Both the position numbers and the translations under genes were made by a program. A stretch of DNA of 63,196 bases, filler included, from Octopus bimaculoides (lineage: Eukaryota), in the NCBI RefSeq assembly GCF_001194135.2. It is 6 parts of 5 records of this genome, joined end to end, with 100 filler letters (N's around TTAATTAATTAA, not from the genome) between each part and the next. Parts side by side here need not be neighbours in the genome. Positions count along the whole stretch, not along the records: positions 55,498 to 63,196 come from NC_068982.1; 5 more parts are not named here. One strand, given 5' to 3'. The notes below the pieces were generated by a model. That model did no database searches. It was not told the DNA's origin and saw only the letters and a list, made by a program, of their open reading frames with translations. Positions 60,572 through 63,196 of this stretch are shown here, piece after piece (position 1 is the stretch's first letter; each line of letters begins with the position of its first letter).

Positions 60572-61794
60572 AAACAGCGAATAAGACTGGCGGTAATTAC
60601 TTGGCGGGTGGGGCTTTAACTAATCAGTCTACTAATCATAGACTGCGCCTTATGGATGCGGTCTATAACTATGTGTGTGGGGGAATGGGGGAATATGTGT
60701 GTGTGTGTGTGTGTGTGTGTATGCATGATACTAACACAATATCGAATATCTGAGTAATAATATGGTGCTTGGAAGCAACTAATCATAGTTCTCATATATT
60801 TTGCGTTTTTAAGGCGACGACCAATCTCTGAAATTGTGTGTTGCTCATGCATGGGGTAAGTTTAATACAAAGCTTGTTTCATTGATAAGAGAACGATTGT
60901 TTCGCATTGGTTGTTTCAGACTAAGCCCTTATACAAATATATATTGTTCTCATGCGCTTTTTTACCACTCAGGAAATTCGAAGTATTTGTTTCCTAAATG
61001 TTATCGAAAAGCCGCTGAAGTTGTCTTTATTACAATCCTCTTGTCACGACAGTATCTTCTATAGCTACAAGCATTGCAGAGACAATTTAATTCAGTTGTT
61101 TAACTCATTGTATGAACAACTGTCTTTACTTCAGACACTCGGTTAAAACAGGCCTGTAATGATATGGAGCAAGTGGCAGACTGATGAATTTCATTTAATC
61201 TAAATCTTCGAACCAGAAAATAGTTATTTAACGTCACCATGCAAATTTGTTATGTTCATAAAATATCAACCAATCTAAAGCCTTCATTTCACATCTTTGC
61301 ATTAGAAAATTCCGGTCTCACACAAAACTATCGTATTACTGTAAGATATTTTGGTGTATCCCCAATTACTTGTGCTTAAGTAATGCTACCTATAAGGGCG
61401 TGTGGTGGCACGGGAAAATTTTATATCTACCCTCTAGAATGTGGTAGTACTTCGGTTTGTCCAACAGATGGCTATTTGGAAAACAACGTGGCTGCCATTA
61501 AATATTTCCCTCATTTTGTTAATCTGGAAGCTGGGTAAATGGTATTTGAAGAAAGCTTCTGGTAAAAAAATTAATATTCATATTATTTGCATACATTTGG
61601 TGGTAGAGCCTCGAATTCTAAAATTCAATGTAAGTTCCTTTTTTTTTAAATAAAAAAAGTATTTACTGAGATTAAAGCTTTACTAAGATCTGTAGGATTA
61701 TATGTTCATTATCCATGAAATGTCACTGCTATCATTAAGGAACTTGTGTGATGACACGGTTATTGTGATTTTTATGTTATTATTTAATCGGCTG

Positions 61795-61985
61795 AGAATG
61801 GGGAGGAAAAGAATGGAGAGGAAGGAGAATGGAAAGGAAGGAGAAGAGAGAGGAAGGAGAATGGAAACGAAGGAGAAGGGAGAGGAAGGAGAAGGGAGAG
61901 GAAGGGAAGGGAGAGGAAGGAGAAGAGAGAGAAAAGAGAAAGGAGAGAAAGGAGAAAGGAGAGAAAAGAGAAGGGAGAGAAAAAG
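61795..61985. repeat. Purine-rich (GA/GGAA) low-complexity tract
   Basis: Almost only G and A on the + strand. Confidence 0.9.
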
Positions 61986-62573
61986 CAAATTTTTAGGATG
62001 ACTGGTATTTCAGTCGAAGGCTCGTAGATTGAGGCCTGGAAGAGAAACATGGGCCAGAAGACATTTCTTGAATATTGCACGAGACATTTTGTCCCATTGT
62101 TCTTCCCTCGTGCTTTGCAGGGTTTATTGAGTGTTAGTAGGAATGATGAGAAGAGAAGAGGAAGATGAATTGGGTCGGCAGAATGGAATCGGTAACAGAA
62201 GCCTTTGTCATAAATGTCAAAGAGACAGAAAAAAGAAATGGAATATCATTGGAATACGTTTTTGTTAATTAATTTTTACTAGTCAGTAGGAAGATTTTTT
62301 TTCTTTTCTTGTTGCTGGAGAGACTATTTAAAACAGATGTTGGCAAAGCAAAGGGAAAAGTGAACAACTATTGATGGTTGGAAAAATCCATAGAGGAAAA
62401 GATGCAGAACATAAAGATAGAGATATGGAAGAGAAAGATTTTATTTCTAATTAGCTGGAAATCATTCTTGCAAATATCCCAGATATCCGAGAGAGAAAGA
62501 GAGAGGGAGGGAGAGAGAAAAAGAGGAAAGAAAGAGAGAGGGAGGGAGAGAGAAAAAGAGAAAAGAGACTGGG

Positions 62574-62635
<62 letters not shown>

Positions 62636-62875
62636 NNNNNNNNNNNNNNNNNNNNNNNNNNNNNNNNNNNNNNNNNNNNNNNNNNNNNNNNNNNNNNNNN
62701 NNNNNNNNNNNNNNNNNNNNNNNNNNNNNNNNGGGGGGGGGGGTCGACTTATACACCAAGACGATTTTGAAGAATCAAAGTTTCTAAGTAAAAATGCAGT
62801 AGGATTTGGCAAGTTAGTGACGTTGTTTGAATGTTTACATTACGGTTACACTATATACTTCCTCGACTTGTATAT

Positions 62876-63196
62876 GTTGGCACTCCGTCGCTTGCGACGT
62901 CAAGGGTTCCAGTTGATCCGATCAACGGAACAGCCTGCTCGTGAAATTAACGTGCAAGTGACTGAGCATTCCACATACACGTGTACCCTTAACGTAGTTC
63001 TCGGGGATATTCAGCGTGACACAGTGTGACAAGGCTGACCCTTTGAATTACAGGCACAACAGAAACAGGAAGTAAGAGTGAGAGAAAGTTGTGGTGAAAG
63101 AGTTCAGCAGGGTTCGCCACCATCCCCTGCCGGAGCCTCGTGGAGCTTTAGGTGTTTTCGCTCAATAAGCACTCACAACGCCCTGCCTGGGAATCG
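62876..63196 (-). mobile_element. SINE family A, head beyond the window end
   Basis: Near-identical to 55941-56270. Confidence 0.9.

Noticed and set aside
61698-62080. Glu/Arg/Gly-rich or Pro/Ser/Phe-rich ORFs
   Set aside because: Purine-rich low-complexity tract.

Overview
Repeat-saturated, AT-rich animal genomic DNA. From memory, the SINE/LINE families and extreme microsatellite load resemble an octopus (coleoid cephalopod) draft assembly; this is inference and was not verified. Five identical 100-bp spacers (44 N + TTAATTAATTAA + 44 N) show the window is six separately assembled pieces joined artificially, so adjacency across them means nothing. No intact host protein-coding gene could be recognised; most long ORFs in the track are microsatellite or N-gap artefacts. 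Supported content: decayed R4/Dong-type (RLE) LINEs sitting in (ATAC)n or (TAA)n microsatellites, RTE and I/Jockey-group LINE remnants, Penelope-like elements with large inverted termini carrying minimal type I hammerhead ribozyme motifs (several with a non-canonical CCGAUGA core), a U6 snRNA copy fused directly to a tRNA-derived SINE, mariner/Tc1, Merlin and Helentron-like DNA elements, about 25 tRNA-derived SINEs, a 54-bp higher-order minisatellite carrying four TGACTCA sites, and a CpG-decayed block (about 42-51 kb) that may be a methylated gene body with weak candidate exons. I see no clear new multi-gene system; the best leads are the variant hammerheads, the (ATAC)n-associated LINE, the U6-SINE chimera and the 54-bp array.
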